32,000 bases of DNA from an uncultured Clostridia bacterium. Its GTDB lineage: Bacteria; Bacillota; Clostridia; TANB77; CAG-508. Positions within the stretch are counted from its first letter, which is position 1; each line of letters opens with the position of its first letter. The notes under the pieces were generated by a model. The model did no database searches. It saw only the letters and a list, made by a program, of their open reading frames with translations, and was not told the origin of the DNA. The position numbers and the translations under genes were made by a program. The stretch lies in NCBI GenBank assembly GCA_944392805.1, contig CALXXZ010000001.1, forward strand, positions 253,977 through 285,976, written 5' to 3'. Below, piece after piece: positions 14,914 to 24,457 of the stretch.

Positions 14914-14948
14914 ACACATGTAAAAGAAAAAGGAAAGAGGTAGAAACA

Positions 14949-17396
14949 ATGGAAGAAAGACAAGATGGAAACATCATAAAAAGAGACATCGAACAAGAGA
15001 TGAGAACAGCCTATATAGACTATGCGATGAGTGTAATAGTATCAAGAGCACTACCAGATGTCAGAGATGGGCTAAAACCAGTACATAGAAGAATATTATA
15101 TGCAATGCATGAAGATGGTATTACCTCAGACAAGCCATACAGGAAATGTGCGAACACAGTAGGTTCAGTATTAGGAAGATATCATCCACATGGAGACAGT
15201 TCAGTATATGATGCAATGGTAAGAATGGCACAAGACTTTTCAATGAGATATATGCTAATAGATGGACATGGAAACTTTGGTTCAATTGATGGTGACGGAG
15301 CAGCAGCAATGAGGTACACAGAAGCAAGAATGTCAAAAATAGCAGAGCAAATGTTAGTAGACATAGAAAAAAATACAGTAGACTTTATGCCAAACTATGA
15401 TGACAGATTGCAAGAACCAACAGTACTACCAGCAAAAATACCAGCATTATTAATAAATGGTTCATCAGGAATTGCGGTAGGAATGGCAACAAATATACCA
15501 CCACATAATTTAACAGAAGTAATAAATGGAATTATAAAAATAATTGATGAAGATTATGTTTCAGATGAAGACTTAATGCAAATAATAAAAGGGCCTGATT
15601 TCCCAACAGAAGGAATGATACTTGGAATAGAAGGAATAAAAGAAGCCTATAAAACAGGTAAAGGCAAAATCATAATGAGAGCTGAAGCAGAAATAGAAGA
15701 AATGAGCGGAAACAAACAAAGAATTATAGTTTCATCATTACCATATCAAGTAAACAAAGCACGTCTATTGGAAAATATTGCAAAATTATGTAGAGAAAAA
15801 AGAATAGAAGGAATCTCAGAATTAAGAGACGAATCAGATAGAAATGATAAAGTAAGAATTGTAATAGAACTAAAAAGAGATGCAAACCCACAAGTTGTAT
15901 TAAATCAATTATATAAAAATACACAAATGCAAGACACATTTGGTGTAATAATGTTAGCATTAGTAGATGGAGAACCAAAAATATTAACATTAAGACAATG
16001 CTTAGACTATTACATAGATCATAGAAAAACAGTAATATTACGTAGAACACAATTTGACTTAGATAAAGCATTAGCAAGAGCTCATATATTAGAAGGATTA
16101 AGAATAGCAATAGACAATATAGACGAAGTAATAGCAATAATACGTAATTCATATGATGATGCAAAAGAAAGATTAATTGAAAGATTTGGATTAACAGATA
16201 TACAAGCACAAGCAATACTAGACATGAGATTAAAAACGCTATCAGGATTGCAACGTGAAAAAATCGAAGAAGAATATAAACAATTAATGGAATTAATAGA
16301 ACATTTAAGAGCAATCTTAAATAGTGAAAAACTAGTATTTGATATAATAAAAGAAGAATTAATCGAAATAAGAGATAAATTCGGAGATGAAAGAAAAACA
16401 AAAATAGTTGCAGCAGAAGGCGAAATAGATGTAGAAGACTTAATAAAAGAAGAACAAGCTGTAATTGCATTAACACACTTTGGCTATATAAAAAGAATGC
16501 CAATAGATACATATAAGAGTCAAAAACGTGGAGGAAAAGGAATAACAGGAATTGCTACAAGAGAAGAAGATTTCGTAAAACAAATATTTACAGCTTCAAC
16601 ACATGATACTATTCTTTTCTTCACAAATAAAGGAAAATTATACCATTTAAGAGGATATGAAGTACCAGAAGCAGGAAGAACAGCAAGAGGAACTGCAATA
16701 GTAAACTTATTAAGTTTAGATGCAGGAGAAAAAGTATCAGCAGTAATACCAATTCAAAACTTTGCAGAAGGTAAATACCTATTAATGGCAACAAAAAATG
16801 GTTTAATAAAGAAAACAGCTTTATCAGAATATAATTCTGCAAGAAAAACAGGATTACAAGGAATAACACTAAAAGATGAAGATGAATTAATTGCAGTAAG
16901 ATTAACTGATGGAGAAGATAATGTTGTACTTGTAACAAGAAATGGTATGTGTATAACATTTGATGAAAAAGAAGTTAGACCAATAGGTAGAGTTTCACAA
17001 GGTGTTATAGGAATCAGATTAGATGAAGATGATGAAGTAATTGGTATGGAATCTATAATATCAGGAGGAAAAGCTACATTGCTTGCAATAACTGAAAACG
17101 GATTTGGAAAGAGAACAGAACTTGATGAATATAGAGTACAACTTCGCGGAGGAAAAGGAGTTATAACATACAAAATAACTTCAAAAACAGGTAAATTAGT
17201 TGGAGTTAGAATTGCAACTGATGATGAAGATGTAATGCTTATAACAGATAAAGGAACAATTATTAGATTGAAAGTAAAAGATATAAGTGTTCTAGGACGT
17301 TCAACACAAGGAGTAACTTTAATGAGAACTACAGATGGCGGAAAAGTTGTAAGTATAGAAACATTAGTACCAGAAATTGCAGAAGTAGAAGAATAA
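14949..17396 (+). CDS. gyrA: DNA gyrase subunit A
   Basis: 815 aa with catalytic [27 protein letters not shown], and a GyrA-box-like QKRGGKG at the start of the C-terminal beta-pinwheel. Confidence 0.95.
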   Translation: MEERQDGNIIKRDIEQEMRTAYIDYAMSVIVSRALPDVRDGLKPVHRRILYAMHEDGITSDKPYRKCANTVGSVLGRYHPHGDSSVYDAMVRMAQDFSMRYMLIDGHGNFGSIDGDGAAAMRYTEARMSKIAEQMLVDIEKNTVDFMPNYDDRLQEPTVLPAKIPALLINGSSGIAVGMATNIPPHNLTEVINGIIKIIDEDYVSDEDLMQIIKGPDFPTEGMILGIEGIKEAYKTGKGKIIMRAEAEIEEMSGNKQRIIVSSLPYQVNKARLLENIAKLCREKRIEGISELRDESDRNDKVRIVIELKRDANPQVVLNQLYKNTQMQDTFGVIMLALVDGEPKILTLRQCLDYYIDHRKTVILRRTQFDLDKALARAHILEGLRIAIDNIDEVIAIIRNSYDDAKERLIERFGLTDIQAQAILDMRLKTLSGLQREKIEEEYKQLMELIEHLRAILNSEKLVFDIIKEELIEIRDKFGDERKTKIVAAEGEIDVEDLIKEEQAVIALTHFGYIKRMPIDTYKSQKRGGKGITGIATREEDFVKQIFTASTHDTILFFTNKGKLYHLRGYEVPEAGRTARGTAIVNLLSLDAGEKVSAVIPIQNFAEGKYLLMATKNGLIKKTALSEYNSARKTGLQGITLKDEDELIAVRLTDGEDNVVLVTRNGMCITFDEKEVRPIGRVSQGVIGIRLDEDDEVIGMESIISGGKATLLAITENGFGKRTELDEYRVQLRGGKGVITYKITSKTGKLVGVRIATDDEDVMLITDKGTIIRLKVKDISVLGRSTQGVTLMRTTDGGKVVSIETLVPEIAEVEE

Positions 17397-17402
17397 AAAC
17401 AA

Positions 17403-17443
17403 AATAAACCTTTATTAGTAAATCTAAATAAAGGTTTATTTTT
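17403..17443. terminator. Bidirectional terminator between gyrA and the dnaC-like gene
   Basis: AATAAACCTTTA (17403-17414) pairs with TAAAGGTTTATT (17429-17440), flanked by T-runs on either strand. Confidence 0.65.
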
Positions 17444-17452
17444 ATATTAAAT

Positions 17453-18463
17453 TTATATTTTTTTTCTAAATCTCAAATCATCACCAAAGAAATAATAAAT
17501 ATCATAAAAGCCTGCGATACGAGAACCAATACGTTCTTCATAACTTTTAAAAATATTATTTATATTCAAATTTGTAGAAATAATAGTTTTAGTAACTTTA
17601 TTATTTAGGTTAAGTAATCTAGTATTCAAAATAGTAAATAACTCACTTAATTTCATACTATTTAAGCACTCTGTGCCCAAATCATCAATAATAAGTAAAT
17701 CAGCTTCTAAGACATTTTTGTAAAAAGCCTCTTGATTAGCATTTTTATATTTATTCATTTTTTCATCAATAACAGTTTCTAGTAATACAGGAGCAGTTTG
17801 ATAAAGAACATTTTTGCCTTTTTTAATTAATTCATTAGCAATGCAATTAGACATAAAAGTTTTTCCAAGGCCAGTATTACCTGTAAACAATAAATTTTTA
17901 TGCTCGGGACTGTCAAAATTTTCCACAAATTCAATGCACTTTTGTTTAATTGCTAACATATTTTGTCGAGGAGAAATATTCATTTTATACTTTTCTGGTT
18001 CAGCCTTATCAGAAAAAATATTAGCATTAAAAGTATCAAAATTCTCATGTTTAAGATTAGAAATATTAGATTTATTATAAGAAATATCTAATAATTTTTG
18101 CTTTAAGCAAGGACAAAATGAAGAACCATGGCCTTCATTTTGAATATATCCTGTATCTTTACATATTTTACATTCATAATTAGGTTCTAAAAAATCATCA
18201 GGAATATTATTTTCCTTTAATATTTTAGTTTTTCTATTTTTTAATTCAATGACATTTTGATTTAGGCTATCTAATGAAGCTGAGCTTCCTTTTAAAATGC
18301 TTTTTACAGTATTTATAGCATCATTATTTAACTGATTTTCTATTTCTTGTAATTCAGGAAATTTTGCATATAAATCAGTTTTACGTTTTTCTAAATCAAG
18401 TTCAGCTTTACGTTTTTTTTGTTCATATTCTAATAATAAAGTTGATAAAATTTCATTAGCCAT
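17453..18463 (-). CDS. DnaC/DnaI-family AAA+ helicase loader
   Basis: Walker A LLFTGNTGLGKTF, Walker B LLIIDDLGTE, and an upstream CKICKDTGYI...CPC zinc-ribbon-like motif. Confidence 0.8.
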   Translation of the reverse strand: MANEILSTLLLEYEQKKRKAELDLEKRKTDLYAKFPELQEIENQLNNDAINTVKSILKGSSASLDSLNQNVIELKNRKTKILKENNIPDDFLEPNYECKICKDTGYIQNEGHGSSFCPCLKQKLLDISYNKSNISNLKHENFDTFNANIFSDKAEPEKYKMNISPRQNMLAIKQKCIEFVENFDSPEHKNLLFTGNTGLGKTFMSNCIANELIKKGKNVLYQTAPVLLETVIDEKMNKYKNANQEAFYKNVLEADLLIIDDLGTECLNSMKLSELFTILNTRLLNLNNKVTKTIISTNLNINNIFKSYEERIGSRIAGFYDIYYFFGDDLRFRKKI

Positions 18464-19451
18464 TAGAGTCTCCTTCTACATTAGGTTCAATTCCAGAATT
18501 TGCATATAAAAATGCTAAATTATCATAATTTCTTTGGTCAAAAGAAGCTTTCGCAACTTGTTTTTCCAATTGTTTTGTATCTTTCTTTTGTTTATTACGT
18601 TGCTCTATAAAAGCAAGAATTTCATTTGGAGTCTTAAGATTTCTATCATGCCAATCTGTAATAATATTATTTATATATTCAAATGTTGGATTAGCTTTAA
18701 AAGTAGTTCTTTTTAAAGCTATTTCTATTATATTTAACTCATATCCAAAATCAATAACCCATTTTTCAATATAAGCTTCTTCATATTGAGTAAGTGTTTG
18801 TTTTCCAAGTTTTTTTGCAATAGTTTTTTTGATTTTAACAAGTTTTTCTTGTTTTTGAGAATATAATTCTAAGTCATTCCATGTCTTTATATTGTTATTA
18901 CCCCAAGCTTCTGCAACTGTTTGAATATAATTTTTGTGTAATGCAGAACGACTGTAGCAATAATCAAAAAGAGCTATCATAACTTGGTCATCAAAATTAT
19001 ATTTTGTGAACCATAAATCTATATCATTATACCATGATGGCCCCATAATTCCTTGGAAATAAGAATTATTGATATGATCAATAACCTTTGCTCTAGCTTT
19101 ATTTTTTGCAATATCTGCAACTTTTTCAGGAGAAGCTGTTAGGTTTGGTTTATATAATTTATGAAGAGTTTGTTCTTGTAAATTTGTTATAATATATCCA
19201 TTTTCTTTTCTTACTATTAATCCATTAGATTCTAAGTATGATATTCCATCATTTATATCTTTTAATGGTAATTCTAATTTTTTTGATAAATCATTTATTC
19301 TTACATCTTTGTTATATTTTGATAAAAACATCAAATATAAATAAATTTTTACACTATTTGATGGCATATTTGATAAGTATTCTGCAAAAAAGATGTCAGG
19401 GACAACTGTTTCAGAGAATAATAAAGGTAATTCAGGTTGTTCTAATTTCAT
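18456..19451 (-). CDS. DnaD-domain (DnaB_2/DnaD-like) replication initiation protein
   Basis: N-terminal winged-helix-like region plus a C-terminal DnaD-type repeat (..YEEAYIEKWVIDFGYELNIIEIALKRT..NYINNIITDWH..). GGAGG 19464-19460, then ATG 19451; the ORF-track start 19466 contains the SD. It overlaps the dnaC-like start by 8 nt. Confidence 0.7.
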   Translation of the reverse strand: MKLEQPELPLLFSETVVPDIFFAEYLSNMPSNSVKIYLYLMFLSKYNKDVRINDLSKKLELPLKDINDGISYLESNGLIVRKENGYIITNLQEQTLHKLYKPNLTASPEKVADIAKNKARAKVIDHINNSYFQGIMGPSWYNDIDLWFTKYNFDDQVMIALFDYCYSRSALHKNYIQTVAEAWGNNNIKTWNDLELYSQKQEKLVKIKKTIAKKLGKQTLTQYEEAYIEKWVIDFGYELNIIEIALKRTTFKANPTFEYINNIITDWHDRNLKTPNEILAFIEQRNKQKKDTKQLEKQVAKASFDQRNYDNLAFLYANSGIEPNVEGDSNG

Positions 19452-19474
19452 TTTACTTTCCTCCATTTTGTCAA

Positions 19475-19502
19475 ATTATATCATTATGTGGAAAAAAATC
19501 AA
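19475..19502 (-). promoter_or_regulatory. Candidate extended -10 promoter for the dnaD-like/dnaC-like pair
   Basis: On the minus strand: TTGATT (19502-19497), 16-nt spacer ending in TGA, TATAAT (19480-19475). Confidence 0.45.
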
Positions 19503-19509
19503 GTCAATT

Positions 19510-19794
19510 TTAATATTTTTTAAACAAATAAATTTTTGTGCTAAATATATATTTTAACACATATTTTAGTACATCAATAAAAGGTTCGCCATTAAGACCT
19601 AAAATACTTAATAAAGTAATAGGGAAGGCAAGGGATATTAGTATAAATATTTTGATATTCCAATCATCTAAAAATAGATTTAGAGTGGAAAAAATTACAA
19701 AATACCATACGATATTAAAAATTAAAGTTGAATAAGGAATAAAGCCAAAAATTTTATTTTTAAAACTATAATTTTGTGGAATTATAAATTTCAT
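19510..19794 (-). CDS. PrgI/VirB3-like small T4SS membrane protein
   Basis: 94 aa. MKFIIPQNYSFKNKIFGF.. is followed by two hydrophobic helices. It sits next to a VirB6-like gene. Confidence 0.5.
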   Translation of the reverse strand: MKFIIPQNYSFKNKIFGFIPYSTLIFNIVWYFVIFSTLNLFLDDWNIKIFILISLAFPITLLSILGLNGEPFIDVLKYVLKYIFSTKIYLFKKY

Positions 19795-19805
19795 GTCGCT
19801 CCTTT

Positions 19806-20678
19806 CTATTTTTTAAAAAAGTTATTCACATTTTGAGTAAAAGTTGTGGAAACTCCACCGATAAATTCGCGTACAAAAGAATTTGCTTTTATAAGTGAAT
19901 GAATTGCACCTATGTAAATAAATTTTGTAAGTAAATTTTCAGAAGAATAGTCCATAGAAAACATAATTAGTAAAACAATAGAAACAATAATTTGTATAAA
20001 AAGTAAAGAAAATATATTGCGTACCCATGCTTTAAAAAACCAAGAAGTATTTTGTAAAAGTAATGATAAAAATGCAAAAGGTGTTAATAAAACAAAAATT
20101 TTTATCATAACATATCTAAATGAATATGTAAAAACAAGATTAAGTAAAGACATAGTTAATGTTGCTTTAATTATACCATCTAAAGAAAATACATCAATCG
20201 AGGCAGTATCTATAGCTAGGAAATTGTTTATATTTAAAATTAATTCAGAAAAACAAATATTTTTATGAAATAATATTTCTCCAATTTCTCTTATCGCAAG
20301 AGAAATAATAGATACAATGTTTAATAATTGCTCAATTATAAAATAAGAAAAATTTATACATATACAAAAAATTATACACTTAAAAACAAATTGAGTAGGA
20401 GATTCAACTTGATTATATGTGAAATGTGAAAACAAATATTTTATTGCATAATATAAAATAAAACCGAATAATAAAGAATTTGCAATTAAAAGTAGTCCAT
20501 TTGAAGCAGAAGTACCTAGAATTTTTTCAAAATAAGAATCATTTATAATATCAGAACTTATAAAAGTAATATCATCAAGAACTTCATATAATTTATTATC
20601 GATAGATGCAAATAAATTTCCTAAAATAGTATTAATAGTATCTATTATAGTAGAAGTTATATTTGAATTATTTTCCAT
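19806..20678 (-). CDS. VirB6/TrbL-like polytopic T4SS membrane protein
   Basis: ~290 aa with at least six predicted TM helices, positioned between VirB2-like and VirB3-like genes. ATG 20678 follows AGGTG. Confidence 0.5.
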   Translation of the reverse strand: MENNSNITSTIIDTINTILGNLFASIDNKLYEVLDDITFISSDIINDSYFEKILGTSASNGLLLIANSLLFGFILYYAIKYLFSHFTYNQVESPTQFVFKCIIFCICINFSYFIIEQLLNIVSIISLAIREIGEILFHKNICFSELILNINNFLAIDTASIDVFSLDGIIKATLTMSLLNLVFTYSFRYVMIKIFVLLTPFAFLSLLLQNTSWFFKAWVRNIFSLLFIQIIVSIVLLIMFSMDYSSENLLTKFIYIGAIHSLIKANSFVREFIGGVSTTFTQNVNNFFKK

Positions 20679-20687
20679 AAAAAACAC

Positions 20688-21005
20688 CTAACCAATTAAT
20701 GATTGAATAGCTGATAGAATAAGGTCAACAGCTAATATAAAACCATAAGAAAACAAAGAACCTGTTATCAACTTTTTTCCAACTCTAATTTTTTCTTCAT
20801 CTCCAAAACTAAATTTTCTCATAAGAGCTCCTGTACAAACAGCAACTGCAGCAGCAGGAGTGGAAATTTTTATTATCCAACTTTCTATATCTTCAAAAGC
20901 ATCATTTAATTTATTAACAAGTTTTGGAGTTGCTGCAAAAGACATATTAGTAAATATTAATAAAATAGACAAAAACAAAATAGTAGTAAATAAAATTTTT
21001 TTCAT
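20688..21005 (-). CDS. TrbC/VirB2-like pilin-type protein
   Basis: Signal peptide (..TNMSFA/A), then a ~75-aa mature part with two TM helices separated by a basic loop (RKFSFGDEEKIRVGKK). This is the VirB2 topology. Confidence 0.55.
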   Translation of the reverse strand: MKKILFTTILFLSILLIFTNMSFAATPKLVNKLNDAFEDIESWIIKISTPAAAVAVCTGALMRKFSFGDEEKIRVGKKLITGSLFSYGFILAVDLILSAIQSLIG

Positions 21006-22684
21006 AAATCCTCCTTTTTGAAATATGGAAACATTTTTAATTTTGATGGTTTTAGTATTTTTGAACCATCTGATAAGAATGAAAGACAGGTAAATGTTTC
21101 CAATTGTTGTGTGAAAAAATTTGTGTCAAAAACATAATCTTTTTGAACGTAAGTATTTAAACTTTCTGTAATATTTGAATCTTTTGAATTTAAAGAATTT
21201 GTAATATAATTAAATCTAGTTTCTCTAGAATTCTCAGAAATGCTAGTAGAAGTCTGTAACTTTTCTTCTTTTCCTAATTGTTTTTGAGCTTCTTCAATTG
21301 TAAAAATATCATCAGTTCTAAACCAAAGTTTATTAATTAAATTCTGGGTAATAACCTTAACTGCAGTTTCATCTTTTAAAGTATTTTTTAAAGAGGAATA
21401 ACTTTGGGTACATACAATATTAATACATTTGGCTTCACGGCTTAGTGAGAAAAAATCAGCATCTGTTTTTGTAACATATTCCGCATATTCATCGCAAATA
21501 AATGCAGAAGGTTTTACCTTATTATGAGATAAATTGTACATAACTTCTGATTGAAAATCTAATTTCAAATATGCAGCAATTATTTTTGAAAGATTTTTAT
21601 ATTCAGCAATATTCATATTTAAGACAACGATTTTTCCGTTAGATAACATTGAAGAAAAACCTTTAAAATTTAAGTCCTCTTTTTTGGGACAAAAAGTTTG
21701 TGAAATATAATAATCTGAAATAAAAACATTTGTAATTCTAGTAATTTCTGATTTTAAAATTGCTAAAGTACGTGAATCTAAAGAATTAAATTCTTTTTCA
21801 AAAAATTCCAAGGCGGTGTTTAAATCATAAATTTCACTATGTGAAAATTTAGAATTATAAAATAAATTTCGTAGTTTTTCTATTTTCAATTTATAATAAT
21901 TAGGTTCAGTAATTAATTTATGAAGTTCAGTAAATGTAACATATCCATCATTATATAATCTGCAAAGCTTTATACATTCTACTAAAATTTGTTCGGCTTT
22001 ATCGAGCCAATATGATTCAGAATTATTTTCAGAAAATAGTAGTAGAATAGTTTTTAACCTATTTGCTAAAATGCTAGGTGAGAGATGTGGTTTATGAAGC
22101 GGATTATATCTGATTTTTGATTTAAGACTTATTTCAATAATATCTTTTTCTAATCCATATTTGGAGGCAATTTTCTTTACTTGATTGAAATAATTTCCTT
22201 TTACATCTAAAATTAAAATTGCAATTTTATCTGAATGCTGAGAATTATATTTTAAAATCTGTTCAGTAAATGGATACATTGCAGAACTTGTTTTTCCAGT
22301 ACCAATTGTTCCAGTTATTAAAAAGTTTTGATATAGACCTATTTCTGGCAAATAAATAGGTAGTTGGGAAGAAAACTCTTGTCCGATCAATAATTTAAAA
22401 TTCGAGTTGTAAGGAGTAATAAATGAACGATTTTTAGTATTTCTGGGGAATACATTTAATCTGGAAAAAATGGTATTAATCAAAATAAAATTGGAAAAGA
22501 TATAAGTAATAATAAAAGAAATTTTTATATATTTCCATAATAAAGGATTATCGGAGCAAATATCGAATATATGTATTCCATAAGGAATAACAACTTCTTC
22601 TGCATTAAAAATTGGATTAAAAATTTTGTACGCGCAAAAACAAGAAATACATGTGTACAAAAATGTGAAAAATAACTTTTTTAT
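21002..22684 (-). CDS. virD4: VirD4/TraG/TcpA-type type IV coupling protein
   Basis: Walker A GTIGTGKTSS, ILDVKGNY, and FICDEYAEY (Walker B-like). The frame stays open upstream of the ORF-track TTG (22660) back to GGAGG 22696-22692. ATA 22684 or ATT 22687 at SD spacing would add an N-terminal TM helix (KKLFFTFLYTCISCFCAYKIF). Confidence 0.8.
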   Translation of the reverse strand: MKKLFFTFLYTCISCFCAYKIFNPIFNAEEVVIPYGIHIFDICSDNPLLWKYIKISFIITYIFSNFILINTIFSRLNVFPRNTKNRSFITPYNSNFKLLIGQEFSSQLPIYLPEIGLYQNFLITGTIGTGKTSSAMYPFTEQILKYNSQHSDKIAILILDVKGNYFNQVKKIASKYGLEKDIIEISLKSKIRYNPLHKPHLSPSILANRLKTILLLFSENNSESYWLDKAEQILVECIKLCRLYNDGYVTFTELHKLITEPNYYKLKIEKLRNLFYNSKFSHSEIYDLNTALEFFEKEFNSLDSRTLAILKSEITRITNVFISDYYISQTFCPKKEDLNFKGFSSMLSNGKIVVLNMNIAEYKNLSKIIAAYLKLDFQSEVMYNLSHNKVKPSAFICDEYAEYVTKTDADFFSLSREAKCINIVCTQSYSSLKNTLKDETAVKVITQNLINKLWFRTDDIFTIEEAQKQLGKEEKLQTSTSISENSRETRFNYITNSLNSKDSNITESLNTYVQKDYVFDTNFFTQQLETFTCLSFLSDGSKILKPSKLKMFPYFKKEDL

Positions 22685-22686
22685 AA

Positions 22687-22881
22687 TTATACCTCCGTTT
22701 TATCTGATAATTGTTTTTTTAGATTTAATTTAGAACCTTGTAAATTATGAAATAAATGTATTTCAAAAAATGTATAAATTGAATATAAAGTAACTAAAAT
22801 ATTAATGATATAAATAATAAAAAATAAATTTGTTATCTTATTTATGTTACCACCACCTTGTTGATAAACATAATACAACAT
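22687..22881 (-). CDS. Possible small membrane protein upstream of the coupling protein
   Basis: 64-aa ORF with one hydrophobic helix (ITNLFFIIYIINILVTLYSIYTFF). The start is unclear. Confidence 0.3.
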   Translation of the reverse strand: MLYYVYQQGGGNINKITNLFFIIYIINILVTLYSIYTFFEIHLFHNLQGSKLNLKKQLSDKTEV

Positions 22882-22956
22882 TTTTTTGATTTTGTCTATA
22901 CTTTTTTGAAAAAATGTGTTAAAATATTTTTGACAATAAATTTAGGAGGGAAGAAT

Positions 22957-23145
22957 ATGAAATTTAATAAAGATACAAAAATAGGAGAAATATTACAAGT
23001 TGCTCCAGAAAAAGCAGAAATTTTAATGGATTGTGGAATGCATTGCATTGGATGTCCAGCTTCACAAATGGAAACATTAGAAGAAGCTTGCGAAGTTCAT
23101 GGAATAGATGTAGAAGAAGTTGTAGAAAAATTAAATGCAGAATAA
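22957..23145 (+). CDS. DUF1858-like small redox-disulfide protein (hybrid-cluster-protein-associated type)
   Basis: MKFNKDTKIGEILQVAPEKAEILMDCGMHCIGCPASQMETLEEACEVHGIDVEEVVEKLN. TAGGAGGG SD, then ATG 22957. Confidence 0.75.
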   Translation: MKFNKDTKIGEILQVAPEKAEILMDCGMHCIGCPASQMETLEEACEVHGIDVEEVVEKLNAE

Positions 23146-23159
23146 GAATAAATAATATA

Positions 23160-23199
23160 AATATTGGAATATTAATATAAAAATATTCCAATATTTTAT
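23160..23199 (+). terminator. Hairpin terminator
   Basis: AATATTGGAATATT (23160-23173) pairs with AATATTCCAATATT (23182-23195), followed by TTTTAT. Confidence 0.55.
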
Positions 23200-23200
23200 A

Positions 23201-23276
23201 TAAATTTAAAAAAATTTAAAAAAATTTAAAAAATTTTAAAAAATGTATTGACAATCGACAAAAAATAGTGTAATAT
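23201..23276 (+). promoter_or_regulatory. tRNA operon promoter with upstream phased A/T tracts
   Basis: TTGACA (23248-23253), 17-nt spacer ending in TG, TAATAT (23271-23276). It is preceded by four A4-6T3-4 blocks with ~10-bp periodicity (T-blocks start at 23205, 23215, 23225, 23234). Confidence 0.6.
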
Positions 23277-23302
23277 AAATAAGCGTTATGCAGTTCGCAT
23301 AT

Positions 23303-23378
23303 GGGCTATTAGCTCAGGTGGTAGAGCACTTGACTTTTAATCAAGTTGTCCCGCGTTCGAGTCGCGGATAGCTCACCA
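23303..23378 (+). tRNA. tRNA-Lys (anticodon UUU)
   Basis: Cloverleaf read by hand: acceptor GGGCTAT/ATAGCTC, anticodon arm CTTGA-CTTTTAA-TCAAG, T arm CCGCG-TTCGAGT-CGCGG, encoded CCA. Confidence 0.9.
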
Positions 23379-23379
23379 A

Positions 23380-23407
23380 GAATTCTAATTGGAAACAATT
23401 AGAATTC
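23380..23407 (+). other. Perfect 12-bp hairpin with a GAAA loop between tRNA genes
   Basis: GAATTCTAATTG-GAAA-CAATTAGAATTC. Confidence 0.7.
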
Positions 23408-23416
23408 AATATTTAA

Positions 23417-23491
23417 GGCCCCGTGGTCAAGAGGTTAAGACACCGCCCTTTCACGGCGGAGTCATGGGTTCGATTCCCGTCGGGGTCACCA
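23417..23491 (+). tRNA. tRNA-Glu (anticodon UUC)
   Basis: Acceptor GGCCCCG/CGGGGTC, anticodon arm CCGCC-CTTTCAC-GGCGG, T loop TTCGATT, encoded CCA. Confidence 0.9.
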
Positions 23492-23495
23492 CAAC

Positions 23496-23572
23496 GCCAC
23501 TTTAGCTCAGCTGGCCAGAGCACCGCACTTGTAATGCGGGGGTCCCCAGTTCGAATCTGGGAAGTGGCTCCA
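23496..23572 (+). tRNA. tRNA-Thr (anticodon UGU)
   Basis: Acceptor GCCACTT/AAGTGGC, anticodon arm CCGCA-CTTGTAA-TGCGG, T arm CCCAG-TTCGAAT-CTGGG, encoded CCA. Confidence 0.9.
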
Positions 23573-23576
23573 GAAG

Positions 23577-23618
23577 GTCATTAGTCTTGCAAAGAGCTTG
23601 ATTATTGGCTTTTTTTTT
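23577..23618 (+). terminator. Intrinsic terminator of the tRNA operon
   Basis: Imperfect 13-bp stem (GTCATTAGTCTTG / CTTGATTATTGGC) followed by T9. Confidence 0.6.
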
Positions 23619-23698
23619 ATGTTAAAAATTAATTTTAGAATCTTTTATTACTATTAAAAAATTAAAAAGTATGATAAAATAAAAAAAAGAGGGAAGGA

Positions 23699-24430
23699 AT
23701 GATAGTAGATATGGAAAAAATAGTATTAGTAACAGGAGCATCAAGAGGAATAGGAAGAGAAATAGCAAAAGGATTAGCACAAAAGGGATACAGAGTAATT
23801 GCAAATTACAATAAATCTAGAGAAGAAGCGGAAAAATTACAACAAGAAAATGAAAATATAGAAATATATAAAGCAGATGTATCAAAAAGAGAAGAAGTAT
23901 CAAAAATGGTACAAGAGGTAATAAAAAAATACGGGAAAATAGATATTTTGATAAACAACGCAGGAATTTCACAAGAAAAGTTATTTACAGATGTAACTGA
24001 TGAAGATTGGAATACAATGATAAACAATAATTTATATTCAGTATTTTGTGTAACACAAGAAGTATTACCAAATATGATAAGTAGAAAACAAGGGTGCATA
24101 ATAAATATTTCTTCAATATGGGGAATGGTAGGAGCATCATGTGAAACCATTTATTCTGTAGCAAAAGCAGGAATAGATGGAATGACAAAATCATTAGCAA
24201 AAGAATTAGGACCATCAAATATACGAATTAATTCAATTGCACCAGGATGTATAGATACAGATATGAATAAAAATTTAACAGAACAAGAAATACAAGAATT
24301 AGAGCAAGAAATTCCACTTGGAAAAATTGGAAAAACAATAGATATTGCTAAATGTGTAAATTGGTTAATAGAAGATGAATATACTACAGGTCAAGTAATT
24401 TCAATAAATGGTGGATGGGTAATAATATAA
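23699..24430 (+). CDS. Short-chain dehydrogenase/reductase, FabG-like (3-oxoacyl-ACP reductase family)
   Basis: VTGASRGIG, NNAG and the S...YSVAKAG catalytic pattern. ATG 23711 is an alternative start. Confidence 0.8.
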   Translation: MIVDMEKIVLVTGASRGIGREIAKGLAQKGYRVIANYNKSREEAEKLQQENENIEIYKADVSKREEVSKMVQEVIKKYGKIDILINNAGISQEKLFTDVTDEDWNTMINNNLYSVFCVTQEVLPNMISRKQGCIINISSIWGMVGASCETIYSVAKAGIDGMTKSLAKELGPSNIRINSIAPGCIDTDMNKNLTEQEIQELEQEIPLGKIGKTIDIAKCVNWLIEDEYTTGQVISINGGWVII

Positions 24431-24433
24431 AAA

Positions 24434-24457
24434 ACGGATATTGCTATCCGTTTTTTT
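24434..24457. terminator. Bidirectional terminator
   Basis: ACGGATA-TTGC-TATCCGT followed by T7, between convergent genes. Confidence 0.65.

Noticed and set aside
15121-17173. Minus-strand ORFs inside gyrA (for example 15724-16512, 262 aa)
   Set aside because: These are antisense shadows of an unambiguous gyrA, with leucine-rich nonsense composition.
14949-17396. Possibility that this is parC (topoisomerase IV subunit A) rather than gyrA, since no gyrB is adjacent
   Set aside because: A GyrA-box-like QKRGGKG motif is present at the start of the C-terminal domain, which favours gyrase. The absence of gyrB within the window is noted but is not evidence against this call.
22858-22956. ORF-track 5' extension of the DUF1858-like gene and the 22964-23191 minus-strand ORF
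   Set aside because: A strong SD (TAGGAGGG) directly precedes ATG 22957, and the conserved domain starts there. The minus-strand ORF is an antisense shadow.
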